A stretch of DNA of 51,627 nt from a virus: the IMG/VR virus record IMGVR_UViG_3300031994_000147, one strand, 5' to 3'. The stretch's first letter is position 1; each line of letters opens with the position of its first letter. Made by a program: the position numbers and the translations under genes. The notes beneath the pieces are model-generated. The model was not told where the DNA came from, searched no databases, and worked only from the letters and a program-made list of their open reading frames with translations. Below, one piece after another: positions 39,170 through 48,484 of this stretch.

Positions 39170-42100
39170 ATGGCGGATAGTGGATATTCTGACGGTTCGG
39201 TAGTTGTCAGCACAGACCTTGACACTCAGGGCTTTGAAGCAGGCTCAGACCGAATGAAGAATGCCATCGATTCATCTATGAACGAGTTTCAGAAGCTGGG
39301 CGACACACTTCAAGGTGCTATGAATCAGGGTGTACAAGCTGTACAAGAGGGTGCACCACTGATTGATAAGGCACTCTCCGAGAGTGTAACATCTTTCCAG
39401 ACAAGCTCAGAGGATATTCAGAACTGGATATCTAAATGGGCAGATGCTATCCCCGAGAAGAAGTTTGAATCAAGTATCGGAGCTATCCAGAAGATGCTTG
39501 ACACCCTCGAGGGTAAAATGACAGATGTGTCAAGAGCATACGACAACGCATCAAGCGGCGGCGCTAAGGACATATCAAAGTTTGAAACGAAAGCAAATGC
39601 TGCCGAAAGCAGTCTTGACAAGCTCGGTGCTAAGATAGAGGAAGTCTACGGAGCAGGCGTTAAGTCCAAGAGCGGCGAGATAGTCCGTGCTAAGGATAAC
39701 GACAGTCTGAAACTGCTGATATCCCGATATGATGACCTGCAAGCTTCCTTACAGCGTATGCAGACCGAGATCATCAGGGTAAAGTCCGAGACCGAGAAAG
39801 CTAAGGCGGCTGAAACTGCTGCGATCGCTCAGGCGAAAGCTCAGACAGAAGCGGCAAGGGCAAGCACTAAACAGCTCGCAGCCGAGAATAAGCAGGCATG
39901 GCAGACCGTCAAGCAGGATATAAGAAGCGCTGAAAGTGAAACGAAAGCTTTCAACAGCGCTTACAACTCAATAGGTACAAGCATTCGTACACTTGAAAAT
40001 AAGATATACGGACTTGAACCCGCAGCTAAGAAAGCTATGGGCGGCAGTGAAAGCGCTGTTGATAGCTTTGAATTCAAAGTAGCTAATGTTCAGCGGCAGA
40101 TACAGTACTTGCGTGAGCGGCTTGAAACGTTCGGCAGTACACGAGTAACAACCGATGAATACGACACACTTAACCAGAGCCTTGAAGCGGCTAGGGCTAA
40201 GCTGAATGACCTCTTAGCGGCAAGAGATAAGATGCTCGCTCAGGGTACGGACAGGACTTCTGAGGAATGGCGCAAGACTGAACAGGCAATTACAGCTGCA
40301 CAACAGAAGCTGCAGCAGTATGAAGCACAGAAGGCTACAATGGAAACTGCGGGAACTGATAGAGTTGACGGTACAGATACGACAGCTTATCAGGAGACTG
40401 CAAGCCAGATACAGCAGCTCGAACAGAGGGTAGCTGAGTATGAGAACAAGGTATCTCGTGCGAACGGCAGAACACGTATTCTGTCAGCTACACTCAAAGG
40501 CATGGCTAAGGTGGGCGTTACCACTTTCAAGCTCCTGGGCAGGAGCATAGCGGCAGCGACAAGCAACATGAAGGCTTTCGGCAAGTCCTCAAACGGCTCC
40601 ATGCAGGCCGTGAAGAAGCTCACGAAGGTGTTTACTTCCTTCGGTACTCGAATCAAGAGTATGCTCAAACGTAGGTTTATATCGGCTCTGTTCTCAGGAG
40701 CGGTAGACGGTATCAAGAACCTCTCGCAGGTCTCACCCGAACTTAACGCTTCAATGTCTGCTATGATGACGGCGCTTGCACAGCTGAAAAACAGTTTTGC
40801 AACAGCTTTCGCGCCTATCATCACTGTGGTATCTCCGATACTGACAACGTTGATAAATCTGCTGTCAGATGCGTTTACAAAGATAGGTATGCTCGTAGCT
40901 GCACTCTCGGGTGCAAGCTCCTTCAAGAAGGCAGTCACAGTCCAGAAAGACTACGCGGCATCACTAAAGGAAACGTCAAAAGCGGCAGACAAAGCCAATA
41001 AGTCAGTAGCGGGCTTCGATGAACTGAACAACACATCATCGGGCTCGGACAACTCAAACAATGCGGGAGATACGAACCCTGCTGATATGTTTGAGACGGT
41101 ACCGATCGACAGCAAGATAAAGAGCATAGCTGATAAGATCAAGAACGCTTTCAAGAATGGCGACTTTGAGGGAATCGGTGAAGCGATAGCAAATAAATTC
41201 AACAGCATAGTCCAGAAAATCAATTCTGCTATCAGTTGGGACAACGTAGGCCCGAAGATAACCGCTTTCGCGAACGGACTTACAAGGACATTCAACTCGA
41301 TAGTTGATAACGTGAACTGGACACTGATAGGTGATACGGTAGCTCAGGGCGTTAACACGATAGTCAACACAATAAACCTGTTAGTCACAGGCATTAACTG
41401 GGCGAACCTCGGCAAGTCCCTCATGGACGGACTGAACGGCTTCATTCATGGAGTTAACTGGGGTAAGCTTGGTAAGACTATCGGAACTATGTTCCAATCA
41501 GCTCTCAGCTTCATACACTCCGTAGTTCATAACTTCGACTTCAAGAGCCTTGCAAAGGGCATAGGCAGTTCAGTCAACAACGCATTCGCAGCTGTGGACT
41601 GGAGTATGCTCGGTGAGACACTCTCAACGGCAGTAAAGAACGCTTTCGACTTTGTTTCTGAAACGTTCAAGTCCATTGACTTCTCACAGATAGGCGCGGA
41701 TATCGCGAAGTTCATCAACAATATTGACTGGGTAGGCGTAATTAAGAGCCTGACTTCCATGCTCAGCAATATCCTCTCCGGTGCACTGAACCTCATCACA
41801 GGATTTGTAGGCACTCTGGACTGGGGTAAGCTTGCAAGTAGTGTGCTGAACGGTCTGGTCGGTATGCTTACAAGCATTGACTGGGGCGGCCTTATCGCTA
41901 AGGCATTCGAGCTCTTAGGCGGTGCAATAGGCGGTGCTGTATCACTTCTCGGCTCATTCTTCTTAACCTTGTGGGAGGGCGTTAAAACTGCATGGTTTGC
42001 CGTTGAAGGCTACTTCTCCGAACAGATCAAGGAAGCAGGCGGCAACATCTGGGAAGGTGTTTTGACTGGTATAGTTGAGGGCTTAGCTTCGATAGGCTCT

Positions 42101-43351
42101 TGGATAGTAACGAACATCTTCGACCCCTTTATCAACGGCTTCAAGGCGGCATTCGGTATACACTCTCCGTCAACAGTCATGGCGGAAATGGGCGGCTTCC
42201 TGATAGCAGGCTTGAAAAACGGCATTTCTGCCGCATGGGGCTCTATCAAGTCATTCTTCACAAACGCTTGGAACAGCATCAAGTCGGTATGTACAAGCGC
42301 ATGGAACGGCATCAAGTCGGCTTGTTCAACAGCATGGAATGCGGTTACAAGCAAAATAAAGGAATCAGCTTCACAGATAAAGGCTGCGATCTCCGAGAAG
42401 TTCTCGGCTGCTAAGGATGCGGTAGTCGAAAAGGTATCAAGCATCAAACAGAAGGTCTCCGAGGGCTTCACAAACGCTTGGAACACGATCTCCTCTAAGA
42501 TGTCAAGTATCAAGACTTCGGTATCGAACGGATTCAGCAACGTATACTCAACCGTAACAAGCAAGATCAGCAGCATTAAGTCGAGCATTTCAAACGGATT
42601 CAGCTCCATGAAGTCCACAGTATCAAATGCTGTGTCGGGTATCTGGTCATCAGTTTCAGGCACATTCTCAAACCTCGTTTCCAACGCTTGGACATGGGGC
42701 GCGGATATATGTGATAACATGGCTAACGGTATTCGTAACATGGCAGGCAGTGTATGGGATTCGGTAAGCTCCCTCGCAGGAGATATCAGAGACTACCTCG
42801 GATTCTCCGAACCTGAGAAGGGTCCTCTGAGTAACTTCCACACCTATATGCCTGATATGTTGGAGCTCATGGCTGAGGGTATCAACAAGAACAAGAGCAT
42901 AGCTCTTAACGCCGTATCAGACCTCGCACAGGGTATCTCCGATGAAGCGCAGGACACTAGCGTACTTATCCCGATAAACGCGGACAACAAGTACACAGGT
43001 TTCCTTGACAACTTCTCAGATAAGATAACAGATGCGTTCACGGACATGATTGAGCGGCTTGAAGCTATCGCGGGTAATGTGACGTTCTCCGTTCCTGCTG
43101 TGGCTGCGGGTAGCGTGGTACCTTACAAGCTCGCACAGTATGACAACTCCGATTCAAGCGGAACTGACAGTTCCGTTAATATAGCGGCAATCACTGACCG
43201 CTTAGATGCGGTAGTAAACAGGCTTGGTGATGTTGTAGATGCAATCGACAACAAAGAGACAGGCATATCAGACGATGCGATATACAGCAGCGTGAAAATT
43301 AGTGCTCGTAAAGAGCAGAAATCGACAGGCAGAAATCCCTTTACAGTATAA
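39170..43351 (+). CDS. Tape measure protein, 1393 aa
   Basis: Length, coiled-coil N-terminus, central hydrophobic/Gly-rich segments, Ser-rich repeats, and position. Confidence 0.9.
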   Translation: MADSGYSDGSVVVSTDLDTQGFEAGSDRMKNAIDSSMNEFQKLGDTLQGAMNQGVQAVQEGAPLIDKALSESVTSFQTSSEDIQNWISKWADAIPEKKFESSIGAIQKMLDTLEGKMTDVSRAYDNASSGGAKDISKFETKANAAESSLDKLGAKIEEVYGAGVKSKSGEIVRAKDNDSLKLLISRYDDLQASLQRMQTEIIRVKSETEKAKAAETAAIAQAKAQTEAARASTKQLAAENKQAWQTVKQDIRSAESETKAFNSAYNSIGTSIRTLENKIYGLEPAAKKAMGGSESAVDSFEFKVANVQRQIQYLRERLETFGSTRVTTDEYDTLNQSLEAARAKLNDLLAARDKMLAQGTDRTSEEWRKTEQAITAAQQKLQQYEAQKATMETAGTDRVDGTDTTAYQETASQIQQLEQRVAEYENKVSRANGRTRILSATLKGMAKVGVTTFKLLGRSIAAATSNMKAFGKSSNGSMQAVKKLTKVFTSFGTRIKSMLKRRFISALFSGAVDGIKNLSQVSPELNASMSAMMTALAQLKNSFATAFAPIITVVSPILTTLINLLSDAFTKIGMLVAALSGASSFKKAVTVQKDYAASLKETSKAADKANKSVAGFDELNNTSSGSDNSNNAGDTNPADMFETVPIDSKIKSIADKIKNAFKNGDFEGIGEAIANKFNSIVQKINSAISWDNVGPKITAFANGLTRTFNSIVDNVNWTLIGDTVAQGVNTIVNTINLLVTGINWANLGKSLMDGLNGFIHGVNWGKLGKTIGTMFQSALSFIHSVVHNFDFKSLAKGIGSSVNNAFAAVDWSMLGETLSTAVKNAFDFVSETFKSIDFSQIGADIAKFINNIDWVGVIKSLTSMLSNILSGALNLITGFVGTLDWGKLASSVLNGLVGMLTSIDWGGLIAKAFELLGGAIGGAVSLLGSFFLTLWEGVKTAWFAVEGYFSEQIKEAGGNIWEGVLTGIVEGLASIGSWIVTNIFDPFINGFKAAFGIHSPSTVMAEMGGFLIAGLKNGISAAWGSIKSFFTNAWNSIKSVCTSAWNGIKSACSTAWNAVTSKIKESASQIKAAISEKFSAAKDAVVEKVSSIKQKVSEGFTNAWNTISSKMSSIKTSVSNGFSNVYSTVTSKISSIKSSISNGFSSMKSTVSNAVSGIWSSVSGTFSNLVSNAWTWGADICDNMANGIRNMAGSVWDSVSSLAGDIRDYLGFSEPEKGPLSNFHTYMPDMLELMAEGINKNKSIALNAVSDLAQGISDEAQDTSVLIPINADNKYTGFLDNFSDKITDAFTDMIERLEAIAGNVTFSVPAVAAGSVVPYKLAQYDNSDSSGTDSSVNIAAITDRLDAVVNRLGDVVDAIDNKETGISDDAIYSSVKISARKEQKSTGRNPFTV

Positions 43352-43368
43352 GACAGGAGTGATTGAGT

Positions 43369-43791
43369 ATGAGCAACTTTAGGGGCTATCTGGTAAAAGC
43401 CTACAACGGAACTATCCTCGATCAGTACTTAGCTGCAGAGGGATTTAAATGCACCCCTGACCAAAGGCAGGATAAGGATTCGTACCGAGACGGTTACGGC
43501 ATACTTCACAGAAATGTTCTGCCGGGGGTGACTTCAACACTTGAATTAACGACACTTGACGGCTTGAACGTTGACCAGGTAGCGGCATTCAAAGAAGCTA
43601 TCGAGAGCGGCATCATCAACAGTATGGAGCGTAAACTCACGCTCACATACTGGAATGATGAACGAATGGCCTACTGCACAGATACGTTCTATATGCCCGA
43701 TATGACGTTCACATACAGCCGTATACAGGATAACACCCTGATATACAAATCAACGACATTCAAATTCATAGGGTACGGTGAGCAGCGATGA
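43369..43791 (+). CDS. Tail component (possible distal tail protein), 140 aa
   Basis: Position directly after the tape measure gene. RBS AGGAG before the ATG at 43369. Confidence 0.45.
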   Translation: MSNFRGYLVKAYNGTILDQYLAAEGFKCTPDQRQDKDSYRDGYGILHRNVLPGVTSTLELTTLDGLNVDQVAAFKEAIESGIINSMERKLTLTYWNDERMAYCTDTFYMPDMTFTYSRIQDNTLIYKSTTFKFIGYGEQR

Positions 43792-46700
43792 TAGACATTT
43801 CTAGCGAACAGCAGCAGATATTGCTAGCAAACGGTACCGTCAAGAATTGGCAGATAGTTGTATACAACTCTGACGATGAACCCGAGTTCACGATACCGAC
43901 AGAAAAGATGGTTGACAACAGTCTGACCATAAAGGAAAGTCTGTGCTCCGCTCAGAGCCTTGACATAGGTGCTTGTGAATCATCGGTGCTGACTGTGAAG
44001 CTTGCTAACCTCAACAGCTCAGAGCTGAAAGACAAGAAGCTTGTTGTCGTGCTCAACGCTTCACAGGGAAATGTGTCCGTTGAGCTCGACATGGGCACGT
44101 TCTATGTCGATGATGTACCACACGAGAACAACACATGGTTCTACACTCTGACAGCGTATGACAGCATGATTAAGTTCGATGTGAAGATCTTCGAGTGGTA
44201 CAACTCGCTCTCGTTCCCGATGACTTTACAGCAGTTCAGAATTGCACTGTGCGCTCATGTGGGCGTTGAGACAGCACCCGAACAGCGGTTACCGCTTGAT
44301 GATATGGTAATCACGAAGAGTGATGCTGTGGATATCAACCTCACAGGACGGCAGGCGTTAAGAGCTATCTGCGAGATAAACGGTGCATTCGGTCACATCA
44401 ACAGACAGGGTCAGCTTTCCTTCGTCAGACTGGGCACCGAATCAGTCATAACACTCTTCGAGGGTGGTGCAGACCACTACAAGGCGGGAGCCACGCACGA
44501 GAACTGGGAAGTTCCTGAGATAGAAGCGGCAATAGCTTATTCGCTCTCCAACGAACAGGGTATTGTCTATCCTGCACAGGGCGGCTTCAATGCCTACACG
44601 ATCAGTGATAACTTCCTCTGCTACGATCTCAACGATGCAGACCTCGCAAGAGTAGCACAGACGATATACGGAGCTTTCGAGGGTATCACCTACACCGGGC
44701 ACAACACACCGATAACAGGCAGACCGTGGTTAGAAGTCGGGGACATGATAACAATTGATTCTGACGGAGAGCAGATTGAGACGTACATCTTCGAGAGAAC
44801 GTTAGCAGGCTTCCAGAGCATGACTGACAAGCTCTCCGCAAAGGCTACGGACAGCAGGGACGAGGATAGAAGCAGTACACATCAGCAGATCGAGAGATTA
44901 AAGCGTGATGCAAACCAGATAAAGACCTCGTACCTGAGGGCTGATGTAGCGGAGATAACCTACGCTACTATCGAGAACCTTGAAGCTACAAATGCTGTCA
45001 TAGGACACCTTGAAGCAGTAGACGTTGAGATAACCGGAACGCTGACAGCTGCACAAGCGGATATCCGACAGCTGAGGGCTGACAAGGCAGATGTTACCGA
45101 CCTCACGGCAGTGACAGCACGTGTACAGTACCTCGAGGGTGACGTGGCATCATTCCACAGCTTGTATGCTTCGGATATCACGGCAGTAAATGCCAATATC
45201 ACTAATCTGCAAGCTGCAACAGCGAATATCAGTACACTGGTAGCGCAGAAAGCTAATATAACTGACCTGCAGGCGGCTACCGCAAGGATAGGCTCCGTTG
45301 AAGCGAACGTAGCGGATATCGATACTCTGATGTTCGGCTCTGCGACAGGCACGAGCATACAGACATCTTTTGCAAATGCTGTGATAGCACAGCTCGGTAA
45401 TGCTCAGATACAGAGTGCTATGATAGACAGTGTATCTGCAAGCAAGATCAGCGCGGGTAACATCTTCACCAATGCAGTCCGTATCTACGGTGACAACTCT
45501 CACAAGCTGTCTATCGTGGATAACACGATAAGCATATCGGACGGTACTAACGTCAGGGTGCAGATCGGTGAAGATGCAGAGGAAGATTACAACATATACA
45601 TCTGGGACGATGAAGGAAACCTCATGTTTGATGCGCTCGGTCTTACGGCTGACGGCATCACGAGAAAAGTCATCAGAAATGATGTTGTAATGGACAACGC
45701 CAACATATCAGCTTACAAGCTTGACATAGATTCACTTTTCAACGCGATAAACGAGGACGGCTCGAACACCCTGAGCGGCGCGAAAGTCAAACTCGATACC
45801 GAAAACCAAACCCTTGACGTAGCGTTCACGAACCTGACTACACTTGTTACGACACAAGGCAGTACAATCAGCTCACAGGGTACGGCGATCTCGACCATAC
45901 AAGGTCAGATATCATCTAAGATATGGCAGCAGGATATCACTGCTGCATCTGATGCTCTGACACAGACCATGAACACCCAGTACTCCACGCTCACCCAGAA
46001 CATCAACTCGGTAAGCATAGCACTAGGCTCGGAGATATCGAGCATACAGCAGCAGATTGACGGTGCAACGAATACCTTCGTTGGTGATGAAGCTCCGACC
46101 TTGCAAAACTATCCTGCTGCGGACTGGGCGGCAAATGGTGAGCTGCAGAAGCACATCGGTAATATGTACTACGACAGCAACGGTTATTCATACCGCTTCA
46201 TGTCGCAGAACGTGTTCACAGCAGGCGGCGTAGTCCTCACGGACGGCGGTGATATGCTCAGTAACTTCTACTGGATGCTTATCCGAGACAGTGAGGTATC
46301 AAGGGCTCTACAAGATGCTGCAGCGGCTCTCGCAGGCGTTAACAGCATAGAGCACGCATTACTCACCAATTACAGCACAACAGCTCAGATGCACTCCTAT
46401 GTTGATGTGGCGATAGATTCTATCACACAGGAAGTCTCGGAGACATATGCAACTCATGCAGAAGTCACAGCTCAGGGTGCATCAACTTATGCAGATGCGG
46501 TAACCTATGCTGACGGTGTAGGAACTGCGGCGGCGGCAGATGCAACGAGCAAAGCCAATGCGGCAGAGACAGCGGCTAAGAACTACTACGATGTAAAGAT
46601 AGCTGATTACAGCACGACTACCGATGTACGGTCAATGATACAGCAGACCGCAAGCAGTATCACCCAGACCATAACCGACACCCGCACGGAGCTTATCTCC

Positions 46701-47150
46701 TACGCGGACGGAGTGAGGGACGATGCGGCGGCAGATGCTACACTCAAAGCAGGAGCGGCAGAAGCGGCGGCAATAGCGGCAGCGGCAACAGATGCAACGA
46801 GCAAAGCAGATGCGGCAGAAGCGGCGGCAGTAGCAACAGCGGCGGCAGATGCGGCAAGCAAAGCCAATGCAGCAGCGGCAGCGGCTAACAGCTACACTGA
46901 TAATCTGCTGACCTCATACAGCACGACAGCTCAGATGCAGAGTGCTATCGAGCAGACACAGGGCAGCATCTTACAGACCGTAAGCAGCACATATACCACT
47001 AAGGCAGAGTATGAAGCATTTGAGGTAGGTGCACGAAATCTCATACTGAACAGTATAGATCTGATAGGCACAACTCATTTCTTCTACAACAACGGCTTGA
47101 CAGACGGCTCATTTGCCCTCACAGATAACGGCAAATGGCTTGTTATATGA
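43788..47150 (+). CDS. Tail-associated / baseplate-fibre protein with long coiled-coil and Ala-rich repeats, 1120 aa
   Basis: Position. Repeated YSTT.(Q/D)(M/V).S...Q...SI.Q modules and four AAADA(T/A)SKA(N/D)AAE units. Confidence 0.65.
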   Translation: MIDISSEQQQILLANGTVKNWQIVVYNSDDEPEFTIPTEKMVDNSLTIKESLCSAQSLDIGACESSVLTVKLANLNSSELKDKKLVVVLNASQGNVSVELDMGTFYVDDVPHENNTWFYTLTAYDSMIKFDVKIFEWYNSLSFPMTLQQFRIALCAHVGVETAPEQRLPLDDMVITKSDAVDINLTGRQALRAICEINGAFGHINRQGQLSFVRLGTESVITLFEGGADHYKAGATHENWEVPEIEAAIAYSLSNEQGIVYPAQGGFNAYTISDNFLCYDLNDADLARVAQTIYGAFEGITYTGHNTPITGRPWLEVGDMITIDSDGEQIETYIFERTLAGFQSMTDKLSAKATDSRDEDRSSTHQQIERLKRDANQIKTSYLRADVAEITYATIENLEATNAVIGHLEAVDVEITGTLTAAQADIRQLRADKADVTDLTAVTARVQYLEGDVASFHSLYASDITAVNANITNLQAATANISTLVAQKANITDLQAATARIGSVEANVADIDTLMFGSATGTSIQTSFANAVIAQLGNAQIQSAMIDSVSASKISAGNIFTNAVRIYGDNSHKLSIVDNTISISDGTNVRVQIGEDAEEDYNIYIWDDEGNLMFDALGLTADGITRKVIRNDVVMDNANISAYKLDIDSLFNAINEDGSNTLSGAKVKLDTENQTLDVAFTNLTTLVTTQGSTISSQGTAISTIQGQISSKIWQQDITAASDALTQTMNTQYSTLTQNINSVSIALGSEISSIQQQIDGATNTFVGDEAPTLQNYPAADWAANGELQKHIGNMYYDSNGYSYRFMSQNVFTAGGVVLTDGGDMLSNFYWMLIRDSEVSRALQDAAAALAGVNSIEHALLTNYSTTAQMHSYVDVAIDSITQEVSETYATHAEVTAQGASTYADAVTYADGVGTAAAADATSKANAAETAAKNYYDVKIADYSTTTDVRSMIQQTASSITQTITDTRTELISYADGVRDDAAADATLKAGAAEAAAIAAAATDATSKADAAEAAAVATAAADAASKANAAAAAANSYTDNLLTSYSTTAQMQSAIEQTQGSILQTVSSTYTTKAEYEAFEVGARNLILNSIDLIGTTHFFYNNGLTDGSFALTDNGKWLVI

Positions 47151-47176
47151 TTAATGATTCAAGGGAGGAATCTTTA

Positions 47177-48214
47177 ATGGCTAATGAAAATCTCGCAACA
47201 AAGGAAATCACACAGGTTGATGCAGCGGCTTCCGTAGCAGCGGGTGCAAAGGTCTACATCGACAACGGCGGCACGTTCGCACGTGCTAATCTGGACGATG
47301 TGTTCAAGATATCGGACACATTCCAGACCCTGAGGGGCAACGGTTCTCCTCACAACGGTATTTTCAGAGGTAAAGACCTCACCAATGTGTATACTGTTGC
47401 TCAGATGTACAGCATGGTACACAGCGGTAACTTTGATGATCTGTTCCTCGGTGACTACTTCACAGTATCTATCACCACAGACATCTACACACACTTCACA
47501 GGCTCTACCTTCGACAGCGGTACAACCTACTACGAAGCTAGCGGCACTATCAACGAGAGGGTATGGACTGCAACCTCAGATGCTACACCTCAGAGCGGCA
47601 AGATCTATGCCACTAAGCTGACAAAGACCGAGAGCGTTGCTCTGATGTTCGCAGGCTTTGACTACTACTATGGCAACGGTGATACAGCACTCGGTACACA
47701 CCACGCGGTACTTATCCCTCGTAGTGTACTGGCTACCACAGCAGCTATGAACCCCACCAACACAACAGCAGGCGGTTATGCTAACTCTGATATGCATCAG
47801 ATAATCTTACCGTGTTACGCAAAAGCCTTCAAGACTGCACTGGGTAATCACCTGCTGCAGCACAGGTCTTGGCTCACTACATCGGTTGACAGCTCGACAA
47901 CCACAGCGGCCGCAGCAGGTATGCAGGGCGCATCTAAGACCGCGGCATGGAGCACAGTTGAACTGCAGCTCATGAACGAGGTACAGCTCTACGGCTCAAC
48001 TCTGTGGAGTTCTTCCGCATTCGATGTTGGTAACGATACTAAGATACTGCCGGTATTCAACTTCATCAACCCCACACAGTACGGCAGAAACAACACATGG
48101 CTGCGTGCTGTCATGAACGATACATTCTTCTGCGCTTGCAATAACTCAGGCCTTGCAGGCGGTAACGGCGCATCAAGCGCGATCTACGTTCGCCCTGTTA
48201 TCCTGTTCGGTTAA
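47177..48214 (+). CDS. Putative receptor-binding / tail fibre protein, 345 aa (start trimmed to MANENLA)
   Basis: RBS AAGGGAGG. The C-terminus ...TWLRAV...SSAIYVRPVILF resembles the WLRS...VRP ending seen in phage host-recognition domains. Confidence 0.5.
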   Translation: MANENLATKEITQVDAAASVAAGAKVYIDNGGTFARANLDDVFKISDTFQTLRGNGSPHNGIFRGKDLTNVYTVAQMYSMVHSGNFDDLFLGDYFTVSITTDIYTHFTGSTFDSGTTYYEASGTINERVWTATSDATPQSGKIYATKLTKTESVALMFAGFDYYYGNGDTALGTHHAVLIPRSVLATTAAMNPTNTTAGGYANSDMHQIILPCYAKAFKTALGNHLLQHRSWLTTSVDSSTTTAAAAGMQGASKTAAWSTVELQLMNEVQLYGSTLWSSSAFDVGNDTKILPVFNFINPTQYGRNNTWLRAVMNDTFFCACNNSGLAGGNGASSAIYVRPVILFG

Positions 48215-48263
48215 TACCGACAGGATATAGGATAGATACCCCACACTCACAGGAGGTGAGCAT

Positions 48264-48482
48264 ATGACCAGATTTGAAGCAAGACAGGAAATAAGCCACA
48301 TCAAGAACCTGCTGACACTCTCCGATTACAGAGTAATCAAGAACATAGAGTATAAGGCAGTGGGAAAGGAAGCTCCTTACGATATCAAGAAGCTGCACGC
48401 TGAGAGACAGGCTCTCCGCGATCAGATCAACGAACTTGAAGAGCTTATCCCGACACTTACCGAAGAGGGAGGAATCTTCTAA
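48264..48482 (+). CDS. Hypothetical small coiled-coil protein, 72 aa
   Basis: RBS CAGGAGGTGA upstream. Confidence 0.6.
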   Translation: MTRFEARQEISHIKNLLTLSDYRVIKNIEYKAVGKEAPYDIKKLHAERQALRDQINELEELIPTLTEEGGIF

Positions 48483-48484
48483 CT

